From the NCBI GenBank assembly GCA_017409465.1, contig JAFQSQ010000037.1, positions 9 through 64,008 on the forward strand: 64,000 bases of DNA, read 5' to 3'. The notes under the pieces were generated by a model, which saw only the letters and a program-made list of their open reading frames with translations, was not told the origin of the DNA and made no database searches. Source of the DNA: Akkermansia sp. GTDB lineage: Bacteria; Verrucomicrobiota; Verrucomicrobiia; Verrucomicrobiales; Akkermansiaceae. Shown piece after piece: positions 36,617-46,239 of this stretch. Numbering within the stretch: the stretch's first letter is position 1; each line of letters starts with the position of its first letter. A program made the translations under genes and the position numbers.

Positions 36617-38341
36617 TCAGGAAATAGGGAGGCGTTCTTTCTGCTGCTCTTTGTTTTTGCGGCGGAAGTGTTTGGAGGTGTGTGCTACACCGGCACAGAA
36701 TATCACCAGTAGTGCCAACCATGCCAGGGGGAAGATGGCGCCGGGCTTACCCTCCAGCACGTTGGAGACCTGAGGGCTGAGCTCCACAAAGATGTTCTTG
36801 TAGAGCCAGGAGCCGAAGACGCACAGCAGGATGGTCGGGGTAATCCAGCGGATGATGAAGCCGATGATACGGGGCGGCACGATGAGTGCCCCGCGCCCCA
36901 GCTCGCGGAGGGCGTTGGCCGGGTGCCACACGGCGTTGAACAGCACCAGGAACAGGGCTGTGATGAGGTAGAGCGACAGGGTGCCGAACCAGAAATCCAT
37001 GGTGTCCAGCGCGATGAGGTTGTCACCCGTAAACCAGGCCACCAGAATGGCACCCACGGTCATGAAGAAGGCCACGATGGTGACGCTCTGTACGCGGCGC
37101 AGTCCCCAGAATTCCTCCAGAAAGGCAGTGGCGGGCTGAATCATGGAAAGGGAGCTGGTGATAGCCGCCAGGAAGAGGAGGAAGAAGAAGAGCGTGCCGA
37201 AGAGCTGTCCCATGGGCATGGAGGCAAACACCTGCGGCAGCACGTTGAAGCCCAGCCCGAAGGTGCCGGCACCGGCGGCGGCCACCACCCCCAGCAGGGA
37301 GACGGCGGCGGGTACAATCATCATGCCGGCGATACCTACTTCCACCACCTCGTTGGCGGCGTTGGCGGTGAGGGAAGCCAGGGCGATATCCCTGTTTTTA
37401 CGCACGTAGCTGGCGTAGGTGCAGACGGCACCGAAGCCGATGGAGAGGGAGAAGAAGATCTGCCCGGCAGCCGTAATCCACAGCTCCGGGTTCAGCAGTC
37501 CGTCAATCAGGGTGAGTCGACGGATGGAGACTTTTTCCCCGGGGTACTCTGCCTGTGTGCGTTGCAGGAGCTCCTGTTCCTGTTCCGGGGTGGCGGAGGC
37601 GGGAACCATGTTGAGTGTCTTGCCGCTCTCTGTCACCAGCAGGGTTTTGTCCGGGTTCCACATATAGCCCAGACCTTCGTTGACGCTGCGTTCCGGGTGC
37701 GCGGCATCCGGCGTGCCCAGGGTGAGCACGCGTACCAACACGATGACGGCGGTGATGAGCAGGATGGGCATACTCAGCTTGCAGAACCATTCAATACCCT
37801 TGGATACCCCCCGGAAGATGAGGTAGAAGTTGCACAGCAGGGCAATGAGGAAGAAGATGGGCAGGGTGCTCTGCCCGCTGAAGATGGCACCGTGGGCATT
37901 GGCTCCCACAAAATTGCCGAAGAAGCTGCCGAATTCCTCCCCCTTGGAGAAAGAGAGGTCGCCCACGGCGGTGTGCCAGGCGTAGCCTAGCGTCCAGCCC
38001 TCCAGATACATGTAGTACATGGAGATGGCCAGCGGAGCCAGCACACCTGCTAAGCCCAGATACTTCCATGTGGTGGAGCGGGCTATCAGCGAAAAGATGG
38101 AGGCGGTGGTGTGCCCGCCCATGCGCCCGCCTCGGCGGCCGATGGTCCACTCCACCCAGCTGAGCGGGATACCCAGCAGCAGAAAGGCCGTGAAGTAGGC
38201 AATCATGAAGGCGCCGCCGCCGTACTGGGCGGCCAGCCCGGGAAAACGAAGAAAATTACCGAAGCCGACGGCGCTGCCGGCCACAGCCAGCACGACACCG
38301 AGGTTGGAGTTCCAGTGTTCGCGTTTGGGGGTACTGCTCAT
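36617..38341 (-). CDS. sodium-dependent NSS (SNF) family transporter, copy 1
   Basis: Same motifs, colinear with 34842-36569; own TTGACA-17-TATGAT promoter upstream. Confidence 0.93.
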   Translation of the reverse strand: MSSTPKREHWNSNLGVVLAVAGSAVGFGNFLRFPGLAAQYGGGAFMIAYFTAFLLLGIPLSWVEWTIGRRGGRMGGHTTASIFSLIARSTTWKYLGLAGVLAPLAISMYYMYLEGWTLGYAWHTAVGDLSFSKGEEFGSFFGNFVGANAHGAIFSGQSTLPIFFLIALLCNFYLIFRGVSKGIEWFCKLSMPILLITAVIVLVRVLTLGTPDAAHPERSVNEGLGYMWNPDKTLLVTESGKTLNMVPASATPEQEQELLQRTQAEYPGEKVSIRRLTLIDGLLNPELWITAAGQIFFSLSIGFGAVCTYASYVRKNRDIALASLTANAANEVVEVGIAGMMIVPAAVSLLGVVAAAGAGTFGLGFNVLPQVFASMPMGQLFGTLFFFLLFLAAITSSLSMIQPATAFLEEFWGLRRVQSVTIVAFFMTVGAILVAWFTGDNLIALDTMDFWFGTLSLYLITALFLVLFNAVWHPANALRELGRGALIVPPRIIGFIIRWITPTILLCVFGSWLYKNIFVELSPQVSNVLEGKPGAIFPLAWLALLVIFCAGVAHTSKHFRRKNKEQQKERLPIS

Positions 38342-38426
38342 GCAAGTCTGCGTATCATACGCAAGAGCCCTCCTCCTGTCAAGGCAAATCGGACGGGAGG
38401 AACCGGGTAAATGATTGAGGTATCAA

Positions 38427-38996
38427 TCAGAGCTTGACGCGGTAATGCCCGGTGAGGGGGAAGAAGAAGAGTCCTTCCTCCTCTCGGGTGCCGGCTCCGA
38501 TATTGTGGATGATGCAGGGGGAGCCGTCCGGCGCCTTGCGATCACTGACAATCATGATATGGTGCAGCGCGGTATCGATGCGACAGGTGACGATGTCGCC
38601 CGGGAGGTAATCCTCCGCCTTGTCCGTGAGGGGGAGCTCCCACCCTCGGCGGCGGAAGTAGGTCTGCAGATTGGGCACACGGCGGTGGTCGATATTGCGG
38701 TCAGGCCGTTTCAGCCCCCAGAGTTTCGGATAGGCGCCAAAGTGAGCCTTCATATCCTCGTGCACGACTTTCTGCAAATCGAGACCCACTCCCCGCAGAG
38801 CGCGAATGACCACATCGGTGCAGACGCCGCGATCCATAGGTACATCGCCGCCCGGATACGGCAGAACGGTGTAGTCCGGGTCGTAGGTGACGGTGACGCC
38901 GATTTGCTTGCGAGCCAGGTCGGGAAGCCTCGTGTCGGCCGATGCGGCAGGCAGCAGCATCGCGAGAGACAGGATGCAGAGCAGGGGGTGTTTCAT
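38427..38996 (-). CDS. DUF1287 (YijF-like) exported protein
   Basis: Signal peptide, YDPDY..L.YPGGDVP..GVCTDVVIRA, DRNIDHRRVPNL, PGDIV, HIMIVS, IIHNIG. Confidence 0.85.
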   Translation of the reverse strand: MKHPLLCILSLAMLLPAASADTRLPDLARKQIGVTVTYDPDYTVLPYPGGDVPMDRGVCTDVVIRALRGVGLDLQKVVHEDMKAHFGAYPKLWGLKRPDRNIDHRRVPNLQTYFRRRGWELPLTDKAEDYLPGDIVTCRIDTALHHIMIVSDRKAPDGSPCIIHNIGAGTREEEGLFFFPLTGHYRVKL

Positions 38997-39003
38997 GGTG
39001 ATG

Positions 39004-39672
39004 TCAGATGTGGTTGAGTTGAGAGAGGGTGCTCTTGACAGGGAGTTTATCTGTATCGAGTATCAGGGTGATATCGTGACACCCTGCTTCCAGTCGGAAG
39101 ACGGCGTGGTGCTTATCGTGCACTCCCGGCAGGGTCTCGCGCTCGCAGTAGCAGGCGTTGGTGCCTTCCCAGTTGATGATATCGCCAGCCGCATCATCGT
39201 GCAGATTGAGTTCCAGCAAGTAGAGCCCTCGGCGCGGGGCACGGAGCATGATGGAGGCGCTATAGCGTGTGTCGGTTTCCGCTCGCCAGTGCAGCACGTG
39301 CTCCCAGGGTGAGGTGATGGCTGTATCTGATTCCGGCTGTGCTTTCTGCCAGGCTCTTGCCTTGTGCCATTGGCTGATACCTGTGATAAGCAGCATGAGT
39401 TGCCAGAGAACCCATACACTGCCGCTCCATGCTGCCCAGAATATCAGCAGGCGCCTGCTCCAGACGGGAGACTCCCAGAGCCAGGCCGCCAGCAGACAGG
39501 CCAGCAGGGCAATGGTGATACCAATGGCCCGTCGATAGCCCAGCACGATGCCGGGAAACAGGATAGACACCACCGCCGTACCCAACACGTGCCTGATGTT
39601 GAGCGGAGAACAGGAGAATAGTATCTGCCGAGCTTCCTTCCGGGTGAACCGGAGCAACTGCTCCTGTGTCAT
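39004..39672 (-). CDS. hypothetical membrane protein A (paralog of 39809-40495)
   Basis: Two to three TMs then a beta-rich domain; SPLN, LFPG, RLEAG.H and QLN shared with the neighbour; start 39672 or 39690. Confidence 0.65.
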   Translation of the reverse strand: MTQEQLLRFTRKEARQILFSCSPLNIRHVLGTAVVSILFPGIVLGYRRAIGITIALLACLLAAWLWESPVWSRRLLIFWAAWSGSVWVLWQLMLLITGISQWHKARAWQKAQPESDTAITSPWEHVLHWRAETDTRYSASIMLRAPRRGLYLLELNLHDDAAGDIINWEGTNACYCERETLPGVHDKHHAVFRLEAGCHDITLILDTDKLPVKSTLSQLNHI

Positions 39673-39808
39673 CGTGCCATTGGTTTCCACAAGTGACAGT
39701 CATAACATAAAGTGGGTTGTATTTCAAGGAAAAACATCTCTTCTCCCTCATCGGGTATCGGATTGATTACGCTTGTCTGACGCTTTTTTTTGTGGTAGGC
39801 TGGTGCAC

Positions 39809-40495
39809 GTGAAAATTGATGCAGAGACAAAGCAGGCAGATTTGCAGCGCATGTATGATGCAGTGTTGCGACGTGAGTTCCTGAAGAGTACGCCGTTGAA
39901 TCTGAAGGTGTTTTTGCGCTATGCCATTCTGTTTCTGTTGTTTCCCGGTATGGTGTTTGGCTTTCGGGTCGGGATGATGATAACGCTTGCCTTCTGCGGC
40001 ATATTGGTGGGTATTCTGATTTTCGGCAGTGATGAAGCATCGATGATTGCCATCTACAGCTGGTTATCCGCCGGGCTTTTTGTGATGGCTGCCGTGAATT
40101 TTTCCGTGATGCGCCGCGCTTGGAACGAGCGGAAGCGTCGCGCTGCATACCGCCCGGCGACTCCCGGCCTGAAGCATGCCCAGCTTACCCCGCAGCGTGT
40201 TGCCCTCAAATGGCACCCCGGCGAGCGCAATCGCCTGATTGCCCGTCTGAATGTCAGAGCCACGCAACGGGGCGTCTGTGCCATGTTGCTCACCTTCCGG
40301 GGCTACGATGGGCGCCGTATCATCACTGTCGGTATCGAGGGTACCTGCATTCTTCAGAGCCAGGGTGCTTCCGGTGAGGAGTTCCATGCCCTCATCCTCT
40401 ACCGCCTCGAAGCCGGTACTCACGAACTCGCCTGGGCCATGCCGGGCTCTCAGCAGGCTCTTCAGGCCGAAGTCACCCAGCTGAACGTGATGTGA
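39809..40495 (+). CDS. hypothetical membrane protein B (paralog of 39004-39672)
   Basis: TPLN, LFPG, RLEAGTH, QLNVM; GTG start 7 nt after TAGGCT. Confidence 0.65.
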   Translation: MKIDAETKQADLQRMYDAVLRREFLKSTPLNLKVFLRYAILFLLFPGMVFGFRVGMMITLAFCGILVGILIFGSDEASMIAIYSWLSAGLFVMAAVNFSVMRRAWNERKRRAAYRPATPGLKHAQLTPQRVALKWHPGERNRLIARLNVRATQRGVCAMLLTFRGYDGRRIITVGIEGTCILQSQGASGEEFHALILYRLEAGTHELAWAMPGSQQALQAEVTQLNVM

Positions 40496-40684
40496 GTGCA
40501 TCGTTCATTGATATCGCACATGGGTGCTCCGATGCGTGTTTTGAAGAATTTCGCATTAAAGGGAGCGGCTGTGCGCCCTTTGTCGTTTTCGTTGCTCTGC
40601 GAAAGGGTATACAGCGCCACTAATATGACACTTGCCTGCATTTTGCAGCATGTGTTACCTTTTATCCGGGAGGGATATCGGAAA

Positions 40685-40786
40685 ACCATGCAATTCTTTA
40701 ATGTGGTTGCGGCTTTGCATGGTATTCTGTGTCAAAAATAAGAAAAAACCATGTAATCCCGCAACAAGACTGCGGATTTACATGGT
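40685..40786. repeat. tandem pair of palindromes ACCATGYAA-N21-TTRCATGGT (63-bp period)
   Basis: Copies at 40685-40723 and 40748-40786. Confidence 0.7.
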
Positions 40787-40802
40787 TTTTATGGGGGTAT
40801 TT

Positions 40803-41060
40803 ATGCTCCGTAGATACGTTTGCCCAGGGGGGCGCAGGGTGACAATCAGGCATACCCAGTCACCTGTGGAGAGCCTCATGCTGAGAGATGCCGAACGAGC
40901 CGCGGCCGGACTACATGAGCCTCTTCCGCAGGCTCGCGAAACGGATGCTGCGGAAGAGCAGCAGGGTGGCCGTCGGCAGAATCGTCAGCATACAGAGCCA
41001 CCAACAGCAGATACCAGGCTAAGTAGTCCAGCCGCAGCAACGCTCAACCTCACCAAATGA
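40803..41060 (+). CDS. possible small hypothetical protein
   Basis: MLRRYVCPGG...LNLTK ORF in otherwise empty space; hydrophilic, no motif; start uncertain. Confidence 0.3.
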   Translation: MLRRYVCPGGRRVTIRHTQSPVESLMLRDAERAAAGLHEPLPQARETDAAEEQQGGRRQNRQHTEPPTADTRLSSPAAATLNLTK

Positions 41061-41129
41061 AAAATGTTGAGATTTGCGATTTAGCAAGTTACGGGTTCAA
41101 CACTCGCTGCGCTTCGCGCAAATTTAAAA

Positions 41130-41159
41130 TTCGTCACTCGTAAATCGTCACTCGTCATT
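41130..41159. repeat. heptamer tandem repeat (NTCGTMA)n
   Basis: TTCGTCA CTCGTAA ATCGTCA CTCGTCA; its reverse complement matches 56036-56065 at 27/30. Confidence 0.75.
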
Positions 41160-42533
41160 TCATTTCTCCCAGCCGCCGCCGAGGGCGGTGCAGAGGCGTG
41201 CCAGCGTCATGCGAATCTGCTGGCGGGTGGTGATGAGGTTCAGCTCCGCTGCCAGCCAGGCGCGTTCAGAGGCAGCCACGTTCAGGAACTCACCCTCGCC
41301 GGCGTTGTAACGCTCCAGCGAGAGCTGGGCGGCTTCCTTGTTCGCCGCGCAGGAGGCCGCATACTGCGGCAGCTGGTTGGTGAGCCGGGCGTAGTCGATG
41401 AGGCATTCCTCCACCTCGGCAAAGGCTGCCAGCACGGTCTTGCGGTAGCTCTGCATGGCAGATTTCTGCTGGATTTCCGCCTGTTTTACGCTTTCGTTGA
41501 GCGAGACGCGGTTGAGCAGGGTCTGGCTGGCAGAGGCTCCCAGGCTCCAGGTGGTGTTCTGGAAGAAGTTGGCAAAATCCGAACCGGCAGAGGATGAGGT
41601 GCTGCCGGTGAGCGACAGTCTCGGGAAGAGGTTGGCCACGTTCACGCCAATGTTGGCGGTGGCGGCGTGCAGGTCACGCTCCGCGCGGATGATATCCGGG
41701 CGACGGCGCAGTAAATCTGAGGGAAGCCCGGTGGGGACACGCGGGATGAGGTTGTACACGGAGGCACCCGGCATTTGCAGGCTCACATTGTTCACCGTGG
41801 TGCCCAGATAGGTGGCCAGCGTGTTCTCACACTTGCGGATGTTGGCTTCCAGCGCGGGAATCTGGGCGCGGGTGGAGGCGATGGTGGCGCGAGCCTCTGC
41901 TAAATCCAGCGAACTTTCCATGCCGACACCGTGGCGCTTGGCGGTGATTTGGTAGGTGCGTTCCTGGTACTCCAGCTGCTCGCGGGCAATACGCAGGCTT
42001 TCCCGCGCGGATATCCACTCAAAATAGGCGCTCGCTATGCCGGAGGCCAATGCTGCGCGGGTGGCGGCTGCTGCGGCCTTGACTGAGCCTACATTGGCAA
42101 AGGCTGCTTCCACCTGACGGCGGGTGCCGCCCCAGATATCCGGCGTCCAGGAGGCGGAGAGCCCGCCGCTCCAGCGTCCGTGGGAGAGGGAGGTGTTGAA
42201 GCTTCCGCTGTTGGTGCCGCCCATGTTGATACCCACGCCGGGGAAGAGGCCGGACTGCGTGGAGCGCAGGGCAGACTCTGCCTTGCTGATGGAAAGGGCG
42301 GCCGTTATCATATCCGGGTTGGCGGTGAAGGCGGTCTCAATGAGCCCGGCGAGCTGCGGGTCGTTGAAGCTCTGCCACCAGCGGGTGAGGGTGTAGGCAT
42401 CCGTGCCGGGGGGCAGGGCATTTACCCAGGTTTCCGGCAGGGCGCTGTCCTGCGGGCCGAGGTAATCCGGCCCCAGCAGGCAGGAACTCAGCAACAGGGC
42501 GCTCAGAGAAAGTGTGGTCAACGTGCGTTTCAT
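41160..42533 (-). CDS. outer membrane efflux lipoprotein (NodT/OprM/TolC family)
   Basis: Lipobox LLSSC, GPDY, WWQSFNDPQL, DIWGG.RR, PSDLLRRRPDI, ALGGGW. Confidence 0.93.
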   Translation of the reverse strand: MKRTLTTLSLSALLLSSCLLGPDYLGPQDSALPETWVNALPPGTDAYTLTRWWQSFNDPQLAGLIETAFTANPDMITAALSISKAESALRSTQSGLFPGVGINMGGTNSGSFNTSLSHGRWSGGLSASWTPDIWGGTRRQVEAAFANVGSVKAAAAATRAALASGIASAYFEWISARESLRIAREQLEYQERTYQITAKRHGVGMESSLDLAEARATIASTRAQIPALEANIRKCENTLATYLGTTVNNVSLQMPGASVYNLIPRVPTGLPSDLLRRRPDIIRAERDLHAATANIGVNVANLFPRLSLTGSTSSSAGSDFANFFQNTTWSLGASASQTLLNRVSLNESVKQAEIQQKSAMQSYRKTVLAAFAEVEECLIDYARLTNQLPQYAASCAANKEAAQLSLERYNAGEGEFLNVAASERAWLAAELNLITTRQQIRMTLARLCTALGGGWEK

Positions 42534-42556
42534 GAATGAAATAGAAAAGGTTAAGG

Positions 42557-43927
42557 TTATTCGTGGCGCAGGGCATCAATGGGATCCATGCGCGAGGCTT
42601 TCCAGGCCGGGTACCACCCGAAGACGATACCGATGGCGGCGGCCACGGTGACGGCGAGCCCCATGGCGGCAGGGGAGGTTTCCACCGGCCAGCCGTTCTG
42701 TGAACTGACGAACTGGGATGCGCCGTGTCCCACGGCAAGCCCGATGAGCCCGCCGATGAGGCAGAGCAGCACGGATTCCAGCAGGAATTGGTACATGATA
42801 TCCCGCGGGCGGGCGCCCACAGCCATGCGCAGACCAATCTCGCGGGTACGCTCCGTGACGGAAACCATCATGATGTTCATGATACCCACGCCGCCCACGA
42901 CAAGGGAAATCATGGCCACCGCTACGAGCAGACGGCTCATGTTCTCGCTGGTGGAGGTCATCATCTTGCTGAACTGGGCGCGGTCGCGCATCTCGAAGTC
43001 ATCCAGCACGCCCGGCTCCAGCATGTGCTGGCGGCGCAGCACGGTGGTCATCTCATCCATGGCGGCCTGAGCGCTCACCCCGTCCTTAATCTGCACCAGC
43101 AGGGAATCCACCGTGCGGGTGCGCAGCGGGTGCGGGGCATTGGTGAAGGGCTGGAGGTCACAGCCGGGGTAAAAGTTCACGGCAGAGGTGGAGAAAGTGC
43201 TGTTGGCAGAGATGGTCTGGGTGCTGTTGGCCGCCCCGCCCTTGGAAATGACGGCAGAACCGGAAGCACCCATGAGTCGCGTGCGGATGCTGGTCCAGGG
43301 CAGGATGAGGCAGTCATCCTGGTCATTGCCCATGGCATCTGCACCCTTGGTGGCCAGCACGCCGATGATGGTGAATACCACGTCCTTGATGCGGACATCC
43401 TGTCCCACCGGGCTCTTATCTCCAAAGAATTTTTCCGCGATGGTATTGCCGATGAGGCAGACGCGTGCGGCCTCATCCACCTGCTTTTTGGTGAAAGCGC
43501 GGCCTTTCTGCACCGTCCAGCCCTCAATGTCCAGATAATGCTCATTGCCGCCCTTAATGGAGTTGGGGCTCCAGTTCTCATTGCCCACGATAATCTGGCC
43601 GCTGGCGCGGACATAGGGCGAGGCCAGCTTGACCGTGGCGGTGCATTCGCGCATGATGGCATCCGCATCTGTCGGGTAGAGCGAGGCGCGCCCGCCCATG
43701 CCGGAGCTGACACCGGAGGTGCTGACGGAAGCCCCGAAGATGTTGATGACGTTCGCCCCCAGTGAGGAAAAAGAGGCGGCAATTTGCTTCTTGGAGCCTT
43801 CACCAATTTCAGAGATGGCTACCACGGCGGCGATACCGATAACGATACCCAGCACGGTGAGAGCCGCACGCATGGGGTTGCGAACCAGGGCTCGCAGGCA
43901 GGTGATGAAGAGGGTGGTAAACTTCAT
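42557..43927 (-). CDS. MacB-like ABC permease
   Basis: LTVLGIVIG, GRAF, ISLVVGGVGIMNIMMVSVTERTREIGLRMAVGA, YPAWKAS.MDPIDALRHE. Confidence 0.93.
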   Translation of the reverse strand: MKFTTLFITCLRALVRNPMRAALTVLGIVIGIAAVVAISEIGEGSKKQIAASFSSLGANVINIFGASVSTSGVSSGMGGRASLYPTDADAIMRECTATVKLASPYVRASGQIIVGNENWSPNSIKGGNEHYLDIEGWTVQKGRAFTKKQVDEAARVCLIGNTIAEKFFGDKSPVGQDVRIKDVVFTIIGVLATKGADAMGNDQDDCLILPWTSIRTRLMGASGSAVISKGGAANSTQTISANSTFSTSAVNFYPGCDLQPFTNAPHPLRTRTVDSLLVQIKDGVSAQAAMDEMTTVLRRQHMLEPGVLDDFEMRDRAQFSKMMTSTSENMSRLLVAVAMISLVVGGVGIMNIMMVSVTERTREIGLRMAVGARPRDIMYQFLLESVLLCLIGGLIGLAVGHGASQFVSSQNGWPVETSPAAMGLAVTVAAAIGIVFGWYPAWKASRMDPIDALRHE

Positions 43928-44631
43928 TTGCTGAGCGTGGCTGAGAGTTCATCCGATACGCCGTCCAGGATGAGGCCGTCGCACATGTTGATGGCGCGGT
44001 CGGTAAAGGCGGCTGTCTTGCGGTCGTGGGTCACGATGATGATGGTGATACCTTTCTGTCGGTTGAGGTCGCGGAACATGTTCATGACCTCCACGGAGGT
44101 GGTGGAGTCCAGGTTGCCGGTGGGCTCGTCTGCCAGCAGGATACCGGGGTTGTTGATGAGTGAGCGGGCGATGGCCACGCGCTGCTGTTGACCGCCGGAA
44201 AGCTGCGCCGGGGTGTGGTGCATGCGCTCCTCCAACCCCACCATGCGGATGAGCTCCAGTGCGCGTTGGCGGATTTCTGACGCAGGCAGGGCGGGGTGGT
44301 GGTAGTAGGCGGGCATCATCACATTCTCCAGCGCAGAAGTGCGCGCCAGCAGGTTGAAGTTCTGGAACACGAATCCTATGCGCTGATTGCGCAGGCGGGC
44401 GCGCTGGTCGGCATTCAGCCCTGCCACGTTCTTGCCGTCTATCCAGAACTCGCCGCCGCTGGGGCGATCCAGACAGCCCAGAATATTCATGAGCGTGGAT
44501 TTGCCGGAGCCGGAGGCTCCCGTGAGCGAGACGAACTCTCCGTCTTCAATGCGCAGGGAGATACCCTTGAGCACCGGCAGGTCAATCTCGCCCAGGTGGT
44601 AAACCTTGGTGATGTTTTTCAGTTCAATCAC
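43924..44631 (-). CDS. ABC ATP-binding protein (MacB/LolD-like)
   Basis: GASGSGKST, GFVFQNFNL, LSGGQQQRVAIAR, LADEPTGNLD. Confidence 0.95.
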   Translation of the reverse strand: MIELKNITKVYHLGEIDLPVLKGISLRIEDGEFVSLTGASGSGKSTLMNILGCLDRPSGGEFWIDGKNVAGLNADQRARLRNQRIGFVFQNFNLLARTSALENVMMPAYYHHPALPASEIRQRALELIRMVGLEERMHHTPAQLSGGQQQRVAIARSLINNPGILLADEPTGNLDSTTSVEVMNMFRDLNRQKGITIIIVTHDRKTAAFTDRAINMCDGLILDGVSDELSATLSK

Positions 44632-44660
44632 GGTAGGAAAAACGGGATGAAAAGGGAAAC

Positions 44661-46130
44661 TTACATGGGAGGACCGCCGCGATGTCCGGCGTTCTGGTTC
44701 TGCCCGGGCTTGGCCTCCACTCCGCCGGCGGTGCGCTGGCGGCGCTCCGGGCGTTTGGGAGCGAAGGGGTTATTGGAGCCGCCGGGTGCCGCCTCATCGT
44801 CTGAGGAAACAGCCAGAACGCCGGTCACCAGCTCCATGCCGGGCTCCAGCGTTTCACCGTCAGCCGGCACAACAATGGTGCGGGTGCCATCCGTATCCAG
44901 CTTACGCACCCGGACAGGAGCCACGGTCTTATCCCCTACCTTGCGCCAGACAAGGGCGCGTTCCCCCGGCTCTGCCTGTTCGGCGGGGGCGGCGGCTTCA
45001 TCCTCTGCCGCTACCTCCACGGGCGGCGGTTTCGGGCGGGACTTGCGGTGTTTCTCGTCAATCATGTCGGGTGAAGGGCGGAAATCAAACACGGCATCAG
45101 ATACCATGAGCGCGTCCTTGACTTCCTTGACGATGAAGTTGGCATTGGCGCTCATGTAGGGCAACAGTTTGCGGTCGGGGTTCTCAATATCCACCTCCAC
45201 GATATAGGTCACCACGTTGGAGCTCATGGTGGCGTTCGGGCGAATCTTGTTGACCACTCCGGTGAAGTTCTCATTCGGCAGGGCATCCACCGTGTAGCGC
45301 ACCTCCTGCCCGGGCTTCACTTTGGCAATATCCGCTTCATTCACGCTGGCCCAGATTTGCATTTTGGAGAGGTCGCGCGCCACGAGGAAGAGGGTGGTGG
45401 CGTTCATGCTGCTCACCACGGTCTGCCCCACGTTCACCTGGCGCACCACAATGGTGCCGTCCACCGGGGTGGTGATACGGGTGTAATCGCGGTTGCGCAG
45501 CTCGCTCTCCAGCTGAGCCTGAGCGCTCTGCAACTGTGCGGCAGCGCTTGCCTGCTGGGCGGTGGCCGTCTGCAGCTGAGCCTCCGCGCTCTCCAGAGAG
45601 GCGGCTGCGGTCTCCGCTGCGTTCACATACTGGTCATAGCTCATCTGGGAGAGGGCATCACCCACGCCCAGCTTTTTGGCACGGTCCAAATCACGGTCGG
45701 CCTTGTTCTTGTTGGCCTGCGCCTGGGAGATGGAGGCTTTGGCCTGAGCCAGACCTGCTTCAGCGGAAAGAATCTGGGCTCTGGCCTGAGCCACGCTGGC
45801 TTCAGCGCGTTTGATATCCAGCTCCACGATGGTGTCATCGATGCGTGCCAGCAGTTGACCGGCCTTGACCTCGCTGCCGTAGTCCACGCGGTTGCCGTTG
45901 GCATCGGTGCCGAATTCCTTGATTTCACCCGTCACCTGGGCACCCACGTCCACCAGTTCCTCCGGTTCCAGCGTGCCGGTGGCCTGCACCTTACTCACAA
46001 AGTCACCCTTGGTGACCTGATCCGTCTTGAATCGGAAATCCTGCTGAGTTGTACCGCCCATGTTGAGCCAGACGGCAACCCCGCTTCCTGCTACCAGGGC
46101 AGCGGCACCCCATTTGTAAATTGCTTTCAC
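44661..46130 (-). CDS. MacA-like efflux periplasmic adaptor
   Basis: ATGTLEP..VDVGAQVTG, long coiled coil, ITTPVDG, GQTV, VNEADI, NVVTY. Confidence 0.92.
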   Translation of the reverse strand: MKAIYKWGAAALVAGSGVAVWLNMGGTTQQDFRFKTDQVTKGDFVSKVQATGTLEPEELVDVGAQVTGEIKEFGTDANGNRVDYGSEVKAGQLLARIDDTIVELDIKRAEASVAQARAQILSAEAGLAQAKASISQAQANKNKADRDLDRAKKLGVGDALSQMSYDQYVNAAETAAASLESAEAQLQTATAQQASAAAQLQSAQAQLESELRNRDYTRITTPVDGTIVVRQVNVGQTVVSSMNATTLFLVARDLSKMQIWASVNEADIAKVKPGQEVRYTVDALPNENFTGVVNKIRPNATMSSNVVTYIVEVDIENPDRKLLPYMSANANFIVKEVKDALMVSDAVFDFRPSPDMIDEKHRKSRPKPPPVEVAAEDEAAAPAEQAEPGERALVWRKVGDKTVAPVRVRKLDTDGTRTIVVPADGETLEPGMELVTGVLAVSSDDEAAPGGSNNPFAPKRPERRQRTAGGVEAKPGQNQNAGHRGGPPM

Positions 46131-46239
46131 GTTGGTGGATTTTTGTTTTTTTGTTGAATAGAAGAAAATATTTCTCAGATTTAAGTACGCAGAAGCGAAA
46201 CTGAAATCTACATGTTTTCTTGCGTTTTTTCAGGAGAAA

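Noticed and set aside
40685..40786. Possible mini-CRISPR
   Set aside because: Only two units, their interiors differ, and there are no cas genes; kept as an operator-like repeat instead
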